From a virus (Duplodnaviria; Caudoviricetes), in IMG/VR virus record IMGVR_UViG_3300036779_000147, positions 1 through 30,642 of that record: a DNA stretch of 30,642 bases, one strand, 5' to 3'. The notes beneath the pieces were generated by a model, which did no database searches, was not told where the DNA came from, and saw only the letters and a list, made by a program, of their open reading frames with translations. The stretch's first letter is position 1. The number at the start of each line of letters is the position of its first letter. This document shows, piece by piece, positions 6,895-15,535 of this stretch. The translations under genes and the position numbers were made by a program.

Positions 6895-7073
6895 CCTTCG
6901 ATCCCAAGCTCGCATTGAAGAAACTGCGCGAAGATTACGACTGGCGCGGTCCCGGCGGCAAAGCGCAACGTCACCTCGTGATCCCGCGCAAGCTTGCCAG
7001 GATCATCCTTGATGCCGCCGAGCCCAACAACCCAACCGCAGAAGACCCGATCGACGATGCGCAATCTGACTGA
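6891..7073 (+). CDS. Small hypothetical protein (60 aa)
   Basis: TTGA overlap with AGGAG upstream; fills the operon gap. Confidence 0.6.
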   Translation: MTFDPKLALKKLREDYDWRGPGGKAQRHLVIPRKLARIILDAAEPNNPTAEDPIDDAQSD

Positions 7074-7437
7074 GCTTGACCGCTTCCGCATCACCCTCCC
7101 GAGCGAGGCGTGGCTGAGCATGGGCATCACCGACATCAAGAGCATCGACCTGCGCTACAACGGTGCCTTCGTGGTGCCGTGCGGGAAGACGTTCTTGCGC
7201 ATCCTCGCCGCAGCTGGCGGCGGCTGGGATCACGTCTCGGTCTCGGTCGAGGATCGCTGCCCGACCTGGGCCGAGATGTCGTTCGTCCATCGGGCGTTCT
7301 TCACCCCGGATGAAGTGGCGATGCAGCTCCACGTGCCCGAGAAGAACCACATCAACAACCATCCATTTGTTTTGCACATCTGGCGGCCCCGCTCCAAACT
7401 CAAACGGATACCATTGCCACCGAAGGACTTCGTGTAA
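7057..7437 (+). CDS. Conserved phage hypothetical protein (WDHVSVS...CPTW.EM...HP..LH.WRP family, DUF7694-like from memory)
   Basis: GGGWDHVSVSVEDRCPTWAEMSFV...QLHVPEKNHINNHPFVLHIWRP; ATG at 7057. Confidence 0.8.
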   Translation: MRNLTELDRFRITLPSEAWLSMGITDIKSIDLRYNGAFVVPCGKTFLRILAAAGGGWDHVSVSVEDRCPTWAEMSFVHRAFFTPDEVAMQLHVPEKNHINNHPFVLHIWRPRSKLKRIPLPPKDFV

Positions 7438-7670
7438 TGAGCATCATCAACAGCACGACCATCAAAACCCTTTGCCTGCCCGGCTATGGACAGGCGACCT
7501 GCCGCTATCTTGTCGTCACCAACCGCGGTGCGGAGTGCGCCAAGCTGAGCGGCCTGCAGCCCTACATCGACGCCCAGTGCGCCGCCGGCACCGCGACGGC
7601 CTACGGCGACAACTGCCCAGGCATCGCACTGTCGCGCCCGGCGTTGCCGTTGCTACCGGAGCCGGCCTGA
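7437..7670 (+). CDS. Small Cys-rich hypothetical protein (77 aa)
   Basis: TAATG overlap; C.PG.G..TCRYL.....ECAK...A.GDNCPG. Confidence 0.72.
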   Translation: MSIINSTTIKTLCLPGYGQATCRYLVVTNRGAECAKLSGLQPYIDAQCAAGTATAYGDNCPGIALSRPALPLLPEPA

Positions 7671-8113
7671 TGGCCAACCGCGCCCTGATCATCGGCCCGC
7701 CCGAGCGCAACGCCATCGCCAACGCGCTCTCGAATGCGCGCGACCAGACTGCCAGCATGGAGACGGTCACCAACTGGGCGGCGTCGATCCCGCAGGGGCG
7801 CTCATCGGTGCGGTTGAAGGATCGCAAGGCCGGCTTCAAGCGCCCGCCCGTGCAAGAGGTTCTGATCGAGGATGGCTTCCGGGTTTGCATCTCGTTCGAG
7901 AACCAACCCATGGGGCTGTGCCGCCACCTTTCCGTGTCGGTCGACACCAAGGTCACCGAGGGGTTGCCGAGCCGGGAGGCGGTGTCGGTGCTCATGCACG
8001 AGTTCGGCATCAAGCCAGATCGGGTGATCGCCGGGTGGACCGAAGAGTACGAGCCCGGCGAATGGGCGGTTAACGTCCTTGCCCTGGACGATGAGGGTCT
8101 CAGCACCAACTAA
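7670..8113 (+). CDS. Hypothetical protein (147 aa) with RHLSVS motif
   Basis: TGATG overlap at 7670; MANRALIIGP...FENQPMGLCRHLSVSV...LPS.EAV..LM.EFG. Confidence 0.78.
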   Translation: MANRALIIGPPERNAIANALSNARDQTASMETVTNWAASIPQGRSSVRLKDRKAGFKRPPVQEVLIEDGFRVCISFENQPMGLCRHLSVSVDTKVTEGLPSREAVSVLMHEFGIKPDRVIAGWTEEYEPGEWAVNVLALDDEGLSTN

Positions 8114-8143
8114 GTAGACGCATCAACGAGATAACCACGAGTC

Positions 8144-8473
8144 ATGGCTCACCGGCGCCGGCTGCCTCTGCTACTCTGCGTTAAATGCGCCAAGCGGCCT
8201 CGCGCACGACGACACACCATGTGCGTCGAGTGCCTGGGGTACAGCGAGCGTAATAAACGCTCGGCCGCCACCGTGCGGCGGACCAGGGCGCAGAAAAATA
8301 CGATCCGGCGGCTGCGGGCCGTCCCGCCAGGAAGACGCGCCACGGCCGTTCCTATGGCGACGGCGGGCACTTGCGCCTGCGGTCTGGACTGGATGATGTC
8401 GTTCAACCGGCGAAACTTCGTTATGCTCAACCATGGGAAGCGGACAGCGGTCGCCGTTTACGGGAGGCGGTGA
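8144..8473 (+). CDS. Basic Cys-rich hypothetical protein
   Basis: CVKC...CVEC...CAC, Arg-rich. The stop overlaps the next start; RBS is weak. Confidence 0.55.
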   Translation: MAHRRRLPLLLCVKCAKRPRARRHTMCVECLGYSERNKRSAATVRRTRAQKNTIRRLRAVPPGRRATAVPMATAGTCACGLDWMMSFNRRNFVMLNHGKRTAVAVYGRR

Positions 8474-8637
8474 TGACGCCAGATCAATACGAGAGCCTGA
8501 TCACGGCGCTCAAATTCTGCCGTGATCTCGCCGACGAAGAGTTGCCGCACGTCCCGGTCGGCACTGGCGCCGAAGTGGTGCTGCGGCATATCAGGCGCAA
8601 ATGCGACGAGACCTTGAGACTAACCGAAAGGAAATGA
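8473..8637 (+). CDS. Small hypothetical protein (54 aa)
   Basis: GGAGG upstream and TGATG overlap; MTPDQYESLITALKFCRDLADEE... Confidence 0.7.
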   Translation: MTPDQYESLITALKFCRDLADEELPHVPVGTGAEVVLRHIRRKCDETLRLTERK

Positions 8638-8638
8638 C

Positions 8639-8812
8639 ATGGCCGAACACACGCTGTGCCCGCATTGCGGCAACATGACCGCCACCATCGACAATCGTTG
8701 CGCCGTCTGCGAGGGGCGCAAGGTCCACAATCTCGGCGCCGTCTCGCTTGAAGTCGAGGAGCAGAGTGCCGCGCCAAAGGTGAAAACCGGTGAGCAACGA
8801 AAACAACGATGA
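8639..8812 (+). CDS. Small zinc-ribbon protein (57 aa; not in the supplied ORF track)
   Basis: Hand translation MAEHTLCPHCGNMTATIDNRCAVCEGRKVHNLG...; AAGGA upstream. Confidence 0.7.
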   Translation: MAEHTLCPHCGNMTATIDNRCAVCEGRKVHNLGAVSLEVEEQSAAPKVKTGEQRKQR

Positions 8813-8951
8813 CCTACGATGGGAGCCGAAGTCGATTCCACCGCGGCCGCAACGCAAGCTCCAACTTGCCGCTTTCATCGCTCTGGCGCTTGCGGTGCTG
8901 GTGATCTTCGCGGTGATCATACTGCATCCGCATGTCGTGAAGCTGCCGTGA
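8790..8951 (+). CDS. Small single-pass membrane protein (53 aa; not in the supplied ORF track)
   Basis: Hand translation from GTG: MSNENNDDLRWEPKSIPPRPQRKLQLAAFIALALAVLVIFAVIILHPHVVKLP. Confidence 0.6.
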   Translation: MSNENNDDLRWEPKSIPPRPQRKLQLAAFIALALAVLVIFAVIILHPHVVKLP

Positions 8952-8958
8952 GAAACCT

Positions 8959-9384
8959 ATGAGCAAGCGCGCCTACATCCCGCTGCCCGAACGGTTGGCT
9001 GCAGCGCTGGTGTGCTTGCTGCCGCCGCTGCGCCGCGACGAGCTGCGCCGCTACAAAGCATCTGCCGACGACGTGATCGCGCTGTTTCAATTCGATCACA
9101 TCCGGCTGTATGCCCTTGAACGCAACGATCCCGATGTCGATCGGTGGTTCAATCTCGATCCCAAAGACATCGGATCGCACAAGACGAAGAGCGCCACCGA
9201 CACCGGCCGCGTCGCCAAGGTGAAGCGGATCGTGAAGAAACAAGCGGCGCACGCCAAGCGGATGACGCGCACTGACGCTGCCAAGCTTGGGTACAATTGG
9301 CCGAAGTGGCGCAAACCGAAGCGCAAGATACCGAGCCGCCCGTTCCCGAAGACGCAGCGCAAGATGCGAAGCCGACGGCCATGA
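8959..9384 (+). CDS. Degenerate HNH-like protein with a basic tail
   Basis: QFDHI.......D.WFNL......H..K...D...AK.KR...RKIPSRPFPK. HNH-like spacing, but the Zn cysteines are missing. Confidence 0.7.
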   Translation: MSKRAYIPLPERLAAALVCLLPPLRRDELRRYKASADDVIALFQFDHIRLYALERNDPDVDRWFNLDPKDIGSHKTKSATDTGRVAKVKRIVKKQAAHAKRMTRTDAAKLGYNWPKWRKPKRKIPSRPFPKTQRKMRSRRP

Positions 9385-9536
9385 ACGACGAACGCATCGT
9401 GCTGTGCGCGTGCTGCGAGGGCGAGGGCCGCCACGACGACGGCCAGCTGTGCCGCTGGTGCGAAGGCAGCGGACTGGAAGTGATCCCCACCATGCTGATC
9501 GAATTCGACGACTTCGAGGAGTGCTGGGGGCGATGA
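9381..9536 (+). CDS. Small DnaJ-type zinc-finger protein (51 aa)
   Basis: ATGA overlap; two CxxCxGxG motifs (CACCEGEG, CRWCEGSG). Confidence 0.75.
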   Translation: MNDERIVLCACCEGEGRHDDGQLCRWCEGSGLEVIPTMLIEFDDFEECWGR

Positions 9537-9550
9537 AAAGGAGAGCACCG

Positions 9551-9832
9551 ATGGAAACCAGACAGATGCCGGTCAAGCTCGCGATGCGCCGCGAGGGCGA
9601 CATGTGGTGTGCCTACCTGATGGCCAATTTCAAAGAGGAAAAGAAACGAGAGCCGCTGTTGCTCGGCTCGATCCGGATCATCGCGGTGGAGCAGAACGAA
9701 GAACGCAAGCAGCAATTCATGGACATGATGACCAGCTTCATGGGCGAGATGATCGAGCTGGTCACCGGCAAAACGCCGGATCGCTTCGAGGTCCAGCCGG
9801 CGCCGGAGAATGAGCGGAGCGGCAACGCGTGA
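9551..9832 (+). CDS. Hypothetical protein (93 aa)
   Basis: AAGGAG upstream; KLAMRREGDMWCAY...LLGSI...F.DMM...PAPENERSGNA. Confidence 0.78.
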   Translation: METRQMPVKLAMRREGDMWCAYLMANFKEEKKREPLLLGSIRIIAVEQNEERKQQFMDMMTSFMGEMIELVTGKTPDRFEVQPAPENERSGNA

Positions 9833-10062
9833 CCGAGCTTATGACCGTCGCGTTGCTGATAGGTTTGCCGCTGATCGTCATCGCCCACCGCTTCTCGGCC
9901 AACAGCGGCTACCGTTACATGAACTATGCAGCGGCGATGCGCGAAGCTCTGCTGGTCGGCACCATGGTCGCCATCTTCGAGATCATCGGCGTCGGTGGCC
10001 ACTTGATACTGACCGGCGCACCGCTGCCGACCGAGCACCACGATCCGTCAAGGTCTCAGTGA
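9829..10062 (+). CDS. Small two-TM membrane protein, last gene of the early operon
   Basis: GTGA overlap and two hydrophobic segments. Confidence 0.65.
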   Translation: MTELMTVALLIGLPLIVIAHRFSANSGYRYMNYAAAMREALLVGTMVAIFEIIGVGGHLILTGAPLPTEHHDPSRSQ

Positions 10063-10127
10063 ATGGCTTTGCCCATTGCCGTTGGATATGTTGCTTCACC
10101 GACGGCTTGTGCTGCGGCTGTTGCGGC

Positions 10128-10156
10128 AAAAAAAAAGCCGCCCCCGAAGGGGCGGT
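10128..10156 (-). terminator. Rho-independent terminator ending the late (minus strand) operon
   Basis: Minus strand ACCGCCCC-TTCG-GGGGCGGC followed by T9, in the gap between convergent operons. Confidence 0.9.
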
Positions 10157-10179
10157 AGTGGCCGGAAGAAATCACACGA

Positions 10180-10431
10180 TTACGGTCTGTCTCGGATCGG
10201 TTGATCCGGTGAGCACTTCGCTATCATTTCGACCATCAGCTTGCGTTCGTCGGCAAATTGCCGACGTTCCTCGGCGACATTTTTCTCGCGCTGATAGATC
10301 GACCACGTGATGCCCCCAAGGGTGAAGCCCTGCAACACAACGAGCGCGATCAGCACCGGTGCCGACTGCAGCGACTTGATCACTTCACTGGCGACCTGGG
10401 TGCCGCCTTCGATGATGCCGGGGTTCATCAT
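10180..10431 (-). CDS. Small membrane protein with coiled-coil tail (possibly holin- or lysis-related)
   Basis: One TM (PVLIALVVLQGFTLGGITWSIY) then a charged helix; last gene of the late operon. Function inferred from position only. Confidence 0.7.
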   Translation of the reverse strand: MMNPGIIEGGTQVASEVIKSLQSAPVLIALVVLQGFTLGGITWSIYQREKNVAEERRQFADERKLMVEMIAKCSPDQPIRDRP

Positions 10432-10432
10432 T

Positions 10433-10822
10433 TCAGTGCTCTCGCGTTGGCGTTACTGAGGGGAAGTTGTCGATCGAATCGAACGCATTGGCGTCGACCG
10501 CGATGGCGCCGGTCCACACCGTGGCGCGCGTCGAAGCTGCCATGATCACCCGCATCGCATCGACGTAGCGGCCAGCCGGCAGCGTCTTGGTGACGAGGTT
10601 CGGCACGGTGACCAGCACCTGCCCGGCAGTCGGCGGACTGACGACCTGCACCGTCGCCGAGCCCGGCGGCAGGCACGGATTGCCGTCGGGGCCGAGCATG
10701 ATCCACTGGATGTCCTGCACCGTGGTGAGATCGAGCGGCGTGCCGTCAGTATCGGTCAGCGTGCCAGGAATCGTCCAGTCGTCACCGGCCACCAATTCGA
10801 GGTCATCGTGATGCGTCGGCAT
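10433..10822 (-). CDS. Virion Ig-like/BppU-N-like protein
   Basis: LVAGDDWTIPGTLTDTDGTPLDLT...TKTLPAGRY.D....TVWTG.I.V pattern; GAGGA upstream. Confidence 0.75.
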   Translation of the reverse strand: MPTHHDDLELVAGDDWTIPGTLTDTDGTPLDLTTVQDIQWIMLGPDGNPCLPPGSATVQVVSPPTAGQVLVTVPNLVTKTLPAGRYVDAMRVIMAASTRATVWTGAIAVDANAFDSIDNFPSVTPTREH

Positions 10823-10868
10823 CGGTTCCTCGCCCGAGTGTTGTGTTTTTGCTGTATGAGAAGTAGCA

Positions 10869-10902
10869 CCCGACCCGGACGGGGAAGATTGTCCGGGCCG
10901 GG
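10869..10902 (-). terminator. GC-rich hairpin after the fibre gene (weak terminator or processing/stability signal)
   Basis: Minus strand CCCGGCCCGGAC-N10-GTCCGGGTCGGG (12 bp with one G-U), followed by TGCTACTTCT; no clean U tract. Confidence 0.4.
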
Positions 10903-10942
10903 CTTCTGGAATGCAGCCGCATCAGGGCTCGACCGCACCCAT

Positions 10943-13900
10943 TCAGGAAATTGGGACTCGTTCGATGTCGGCCGATCCGGGTACTGCCGGGACCGTCGGC
11001 ATCTTTCCGATCAAAGGCTTCGGCGGCCCGACCACCGCAGTGATGCCGACGCCGGTAATGCCGCCGAAGACCTGCACCAACGGCAGACTGCCGTGAACCG
11101 GCGGTGTCGCCTCGATCTGGCCAGTGATCGAGCTCGACAGAATTACCTGTATAAATCGCGTCAGCGTCGGCATCACCATCACCGGTGAGCCGACATTGAT
11201 GTCGAGCGCGGGCGGCATCTCGGCGCGGCTCATCGTCGGGGCATCGAGCGCGGGCGAGCCGACAACGAAATCGCGTGGGACGATCACTTGCGTCCCGGCC
11301 AGCACCGCCGCACCGATCGCAGGCGAACCGACCACGAGCGCGGACGCCACCAGACGCTGCACCTCGCTGAGCGCCGCCACACCAAGCGTCGGTGAGCCGA
11401 CCACGAGCGCGGGCGCGGGGCCAAGAGCGACGACCACCGTGAGGGCCACAGGGGGGACGACGGGCGAACTCACGGTGATCGAGGTTGCCGTCAGCCCGAC
11501 CGTGGCGCCGAGCGACGGGGCACCGATGGCAGGGGCGCCAACGGTGAGCGGAAGGGCAGCGAGCGCGCCGGTGACGGCGATGAACGGCGCGTCGAGCTGC
11601 GGCGAGGCAACGGCGAGGCCGACGGCCGTCATGGCGCCGGTGACGCCGATCGCCACCGCCGGGATCACCGGCGACGCCACCGCGGAGGACACCGCAGCGA
11701 GCGCAACAATCTGTCTCAGCGTCGGCGCGCCCAGCCCCGGCGACGATGTCGCCAAGGAGGTCGGATAAGCGACATAGCCGCCGGTGGGCGCGCCGATCGC
11801 CGGACCTGCCGGGACCAGCCCGGCGGTACCAAGCGAGATGACCTCGGTGAACGTCAGCGCCGGGATGATCGGGCTGCCGACGGCGAGGTCGACGGCCCCG
11901 GGGCTCGCTATGGCGCCAAATGCCGGCGCCCCCAGCGCAGGGGAGCCCAGGATCAGCGGGACCGCGGCCAGGGCACCAATCTGCCCAAGCGCTGGAACAT
12001 CGATCCATGGGCTCGCCACGACGAGGTCGTAGGCATGTACGCCGATGACACCGGCGGTCTGGCCGATCCCGATCGCCGGTGACGCAACCGTCAGTGGCGC
12101 TGCGGCCAGGACTTGGACTTGCGCGAGCGTCCCTGATTGTACAATGGGGGACGCAACCGAAAGGCCACCGGTGGCCACGGCGTAGCCGCCGGTGGGTGCA
12201 CCGATCGATGGCGAAGCCGGTGTAACGCCAACCGCGGTGAACGCAGTGATCTCTTGGAGCACCGGGGCGCCGAGCGCGGGCGAGCCCACCGTGAGTGACA
12301 CCGCCGCCTGGGCGACGATGATGACCGCGCTGGGGCTGCCCCAGGCGATGGCGCTGACCGCAAGCGGCACGGCGGTGAGGTTGTCGATCTGGCCGAGCGG
12401 CGCCGAACCGAATGCCGGCGAGCCGACGGCGAGCGGCGTCGGGCTGAGCACCTGCACCTGCAGCAGCGGTGACGCGCCGAAAGTCGGCGACGCCGGTGTG
12501 ACGCCGACGCCGCCGAACACCTGCGCCTGGATCAGCAGGGGCGATCCGATGCCGGGCGAGGCGGTGGTGATCGCAATCGCGCTGAGAACGTCTTTCTGAC
12601 CGAGCGGCGGTGCGTCGATTCCAGGCGACACCGTGGTGATCGCGGTGGCAACCAAGACCTGTTGCTGCACCAGCGGTGGCATGCCGAGCGCTGGCGAGCC
12701 CACCGTAAGCGGCGTCGCCGCCAAGACATCGATCTCGTTGAAGGCGGGTGGTGCAAACTGCGGCGAGCCGACGGTGAGCGGTGCCGCGGTCAGCGCGAGA
12801 GTGGGACCGTGGGGCTGCGTTTGCCAGCTGAGGCCGGCGGTCGGCCCGTTGTACCACTGGCCGCCGCTGCCGCTCCACACCCAGACGGCGCCGGTGTAAT
12901 CGATCTCATAGAACGCGCCCCCGGCGACGCTGCCGCCATAGGGCGAATTGCCGCCGTTGATGATGCAGTAGGCGGTGGCATTGAACGCAATCGACTTGTG
13001 CGAGCTGTCGAAGATGCAATGCGTGAGATCGGTGAACGGAAGCGTCGTGCCCTGCGGCGCAGCGGTGGTCGGCGATCCAACCGAGGTAATCCAGATCGTC
13101 GGATTGGTGATGCCCGGTGACGAGGTGACGGCGCCGATCGATGGCGAGCCGACGGTGAGCGGGACCGCGGTCAGTGCCCATTGCGGACCGTTGGTTGGCT
13201 GCGGAGCTGGTCCGGTGTTCCACTGATAAAACGTGTTGTCGGCGCCACGCCAGTAATACCAAACCCCGGCGATCTGCGCCCAGATGTTCGAGCTGATGGT
13301 GGTGGTCGGCGCCGCTTCGACAATGTCGCCGCTGTTGGTGAGCTTCGGGCCGGCGACGGCATAGCCGCCGATCCACACTTGGCCACCGACCCCCGGCATG
13401 ACGATATTGGTGCCGCCGCCACCAGTGACGGCCAAGCTGTGGGCGATATCGATGGCGAGGATCGACTGCCCGAGCGGCGTGATCACCGCGTTGTTGAGCG
13501 CCATCGCCACCAAGGCGTAAGGCGGGCCGGCGGCAAGCTGCGGTGACGCGGTGGCGATTGGAGTGGCGGTGATCGCCCATGACGCCGGACCGTTGGTCGG
13601 CTGTGGCGCAGGTCCGCCATTCCATGGGTAAAGGGTATTGTCGGCGCCGCGCAGATAGTACCAAGCACCGGAGATGCGCACCCAAATAAAGGCGGTGACG
13701 GTGGTGGTGGGGGCAAATTCGATCAGGTCGCCCACCGCCAGCGTACCGCCGGTAACCGGCGTGTTGGGCGTGAGGGTGGTGGGACGATAGATCGTGCCGG
13801 TGGCGTTGATCCAATAAACTTGATAGGCGCTACCGACGGTGGTGGCGACCAGCACGTGACCGGTGTCGCCGAACATGAGCGACTGGCCGAGCAAATTCGG

Positions 13901-14254
13901 CACACTGCCACCGACCGGCATCGCGTTGCCGCAGATCGGCACCGACGACGGCCCGGTGGTGCCGTTGTAATTCCAAACCGTGCCGGTCGGGGTCGTCCAC
14001 CACCAGTCGCCGACCGCTGATCCGGATGTCTGGGTGATCCAGATGTTGCCGGAGGCGTCGATCAACATGTAGCCGTTGCAGCCACCGTTGTTGAACTGCG
14101 CGCCGTTCTTGAGCGTCGCCGTATCGTTGGTGCCGCCATAGGCGATCGACCATTGATTGCCCGACGAATCGGTGATGCAATAGGTGGTGTCGCCGTAATA
14201 CAACATCGACCACGCCGGGGACGGCGTGGTGCCGCCGATCGAAATAAGGGCCAC
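10943..14254 (-). CDS. Repeat-rich tail fibre/adhesin-like virion protein (1103 aa)
   Basis: Trp/Tyr/Gly/Thr-rich N-terminal beta modules, then many ~24-aa repeats of the type L-x-A-x-P-L-x-V-[GA]-S-P-x-[IL]-G-A-P. Very few Lys/Arg; lies in the tail module. Confidence 0.8.
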   Translation of the reverse strand: MALISIGGTTPSPAWSMLYYGDTTYCITDSSGNQWSIAYGGTNDTATLKNGAQFNNGGCNGYMLIDASGNIWITQTSGSAVGDWWWTTPTGTVWNYNGTTGPSSVPICGNAMPVGGSVPNLLGQSLMFGDTGHVLVATTVGSAYQVYWINATGTIYRPTTLTPNTPVTGGTLAVGDLIEFAPTTTVTAFIWVRISGAWYYLRGADNTLYPWNGGPAPQPTNGPASWAITATPIATASPQLAAGPPYALVAMALNNAVITPLGQSILAIDIAHSLAVTGGGGTNIVMPGVGGQVWIGGYAVAGPKLTNSGDIVEAAPTTTISSNIWAQIAGVWYYWRGADNTFYQWNTGPAPQPTNGPQWALTAVPLTVGSPSIGAVTSSPGITNPTIWITSVGSPTTAAPQGTTLPFTDLTHCIFDSSHKSIAFNATAYCIINGGNSPYGGSVAGGAFYEIDYTGAVWVWSGSGGQWYNGPTAGLSWQTQPHGPTLALTAAPLTVGSPQFAPPAFNEIDVLAATPLTVGSPALGMPPLVQQQVLVATAITTVSPGIDAPPLGQKDVLSAIAITTASPGIGSPLLIQAQVFGGVGVTPASPTFGASPLLQVQVLSPTPLAVGSPAFGSAPLGQIDNLTAVPLAVSAIAWGSPSAVIIVAQAAVSLTVGSPALGAPVLQEITAFTAVGVTPASPSIGAPTGGYAVATGGLSVASPIVQSGTLAQVQVLAAAPLTVASPAIGIGQTAGVIGVHAYDLVVASPWIDVPALGQIGALAAVPLILGSPALGAPAFGAIASPGAVDLAVGSPIIPALTFTEVISLGTAGLVPAGPAIGAPTGGYVAYPTSLATSSPGLGAPTLRQIVALAAVSSAVASPVIPAVAIGVTGAMTAVGLAVASPQLDAPFIAVTGALAALPLTVGAPAIGAPSLGATVGLTATSITVSSPVVPPVALTVVVALGPAPALVVGSPTLGVAALSEVQRLVASALVVGSPAIGAAVLAGTQVIVPRDFVVGSPALDAPTMSRAEMPPALDINVGSPVMVMPTLTRFIQVILSSSITGQIEATPPVHGSLPLVQVFGGITGVGITAVVGPPKPLIGKMPTVPAVPGSADIERVPIS
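13184..13732 (-). repeat. Two diverged copies of a 49-aa Trp-rich module (13586-13732 and 13184-13330)
   Basis: GDLIEFAPTTTVTAFIWVRISGAWYYLRGADNTLYPWNGGPAPQPTNGP versus GDIVEAAPTTTISSNIWAQIAGVWYYWRGADNTFYQWNTGPAPQPTNGP. Confidence 0.9.
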
Positions 14255-14263
14255 GTGCTATCC

Positions 14264-15535
14264 TTATGGGCTGGTGAGGGTCGGCTGACCGATGGTCGGC
14301 GACGCCAGCGAGTACATGTAGGCGGTGGGCATGTAGATGTTGGTGCTGCTGCCGACATCGGCCTGCAGTATCGCAATCGCCGCGTTGATCGCGGTGAGCT
14401 GGTCGTTGATGTTGTTGAGCGCCTGTTGGACGCCACCCATCTGATCAACCAGCGGCCCGACCGCAGCTTCCAGAGCGGCAACCCTGGTTTCGAGATCACC
14501 GGTGAGCCCGGAGACATCGAGCGACAGCACGTCGTCGGCGAGCACCAGCGGCTCTTGGACGTTGATCGCCTCGGCCGGACCGCGATTATCGCTGGTGCGC
14601 CCGATCAGCGATCCCGACACCGTCTCCAGCGAAAAGTCGACGTTCAAGTTGGTGAACAGCGACTCCATGATGCCGTCGTAGCGGTGGGTCAGGCACACGA
14701 TCTGCGGGCTTGCCAGGATGGTCGACGGGATGCCAATGAACGGCGACTGCACGATCAGCGGGCGCGGCACCATACTACCGAAGATCGAAAACCGCAGCGG
14801 TGTGTCGATCTCAGGCGAACCGACAACGAGGTCCGCGGCCGACGGCATCGTAGTGGTCTGCGCCACCTTGAAGCCGCCCATCAGCGCAAGCCAGAAGCTG
14901 GTCGCCGTCACGTTGGGCGACCACGTCACGCCAGCGGCGCCGTTTGGATTGATCACGGTCGGCCCGGCAAGTCCGACCAGCGCATCGGCGGTCGCCAGCT
15001 TCTGGAATGGCGGCGACGCCCACTTCGAGGTGGTGTCCTCGGAATAAATTGTATTGGCTGGCCACGGCCGCACCGCGCACACCGCAACCATGAGATCGCC
15101 GCTTGTCATCGACAAGGTCGAGGTGATGGTCGGCTTGCCGGCGCCACCATTGGCGGTGCGGATCGTCGCCAACGGCTCGACGGAGGTGACGATGCCTTGA
15201 GCCCAAAACGCCGAGATCACCGTCGACGCCGCGCCCTGCACATTAGTCGCGAAGGTGATGTTGGTGTTGCCGTAAACCAGCTTGCAGTTCGGACAGTAGA
15301 ACAGCCCGAGCCACACCTGGGTAGTGACATCGTAGCGGGTGACCGAGGCGGCGAGCTTGTAGGTGTTGCCGGAATTGTCGGTGACGGTCGATGGGCCGAT
15401 CACCTGATTCGTACTTGCCACGGCGACGGCAACGAAGATCGTGCTGTTGGCAAAGATGCCGCCGAGGATGTTGAGCGCAACCCCTGGTCCCTGCATCGTT
15501 TGCGTGGACCCGAGGTCGTGCAGATAGGCGGTCAC
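14264..15535 (-). CDS. Virion/fibre-associated protein (423 aa): beta-rich N-terminal domain and C-terminal coiled coil
   Basis: TVTDNSGNTY..., SGDLMVAV; heptads LETRVAALEAAV...INDQLTAINAAIAILQ. Carries the fibre repeat motif (LVVGSPEIDTPL, SLASPTIGQPTL). Confidence 0.78.
   Translation of the reverse strand: MTAYLHDLGSTQTMQGPGVALNILGGIFANSTIFVAVAVASTNQVIGPSTVTDNSGNTYKLAASVTRYDVTTQVWLGLFYCPNCKLVYGNTNITFATNVQGAASTVISAFWAQGIVTSVEPLATIRTANGGAGKPTITSTLSMTSGDLMVAVCAVRPWPANTIYSEDTTSKWASPPFQKLATADALVGLAGPTVINPNGAAGVTWSPNVTATSFWLALMGGFKVAQTTTMPSAADLVVGSPEIDTPLRFSIFGSMVPRPLIVQSPFIGIPSTILASPQIVCLTHRYDGIMESLFTNLNVDFSLETVSGSLIGRTSDNRGPAEAINVQEPLVLADDVLSLDVSGLTGDLETRVAALEAAVGPLVDQMGGVQQALNNINDQLTAINAAIAILQADVGSSTNIYMPTAYMYSLASPTIGQPTLTSP

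Noticed and set aside
13184-13732. Diversity-generating retroelement TR/VR pair in the fibre gene
   Set aside because: Both copies are in frame within one CDS, differences are not confined to adenines, and no reverse transcriptase is in the window.
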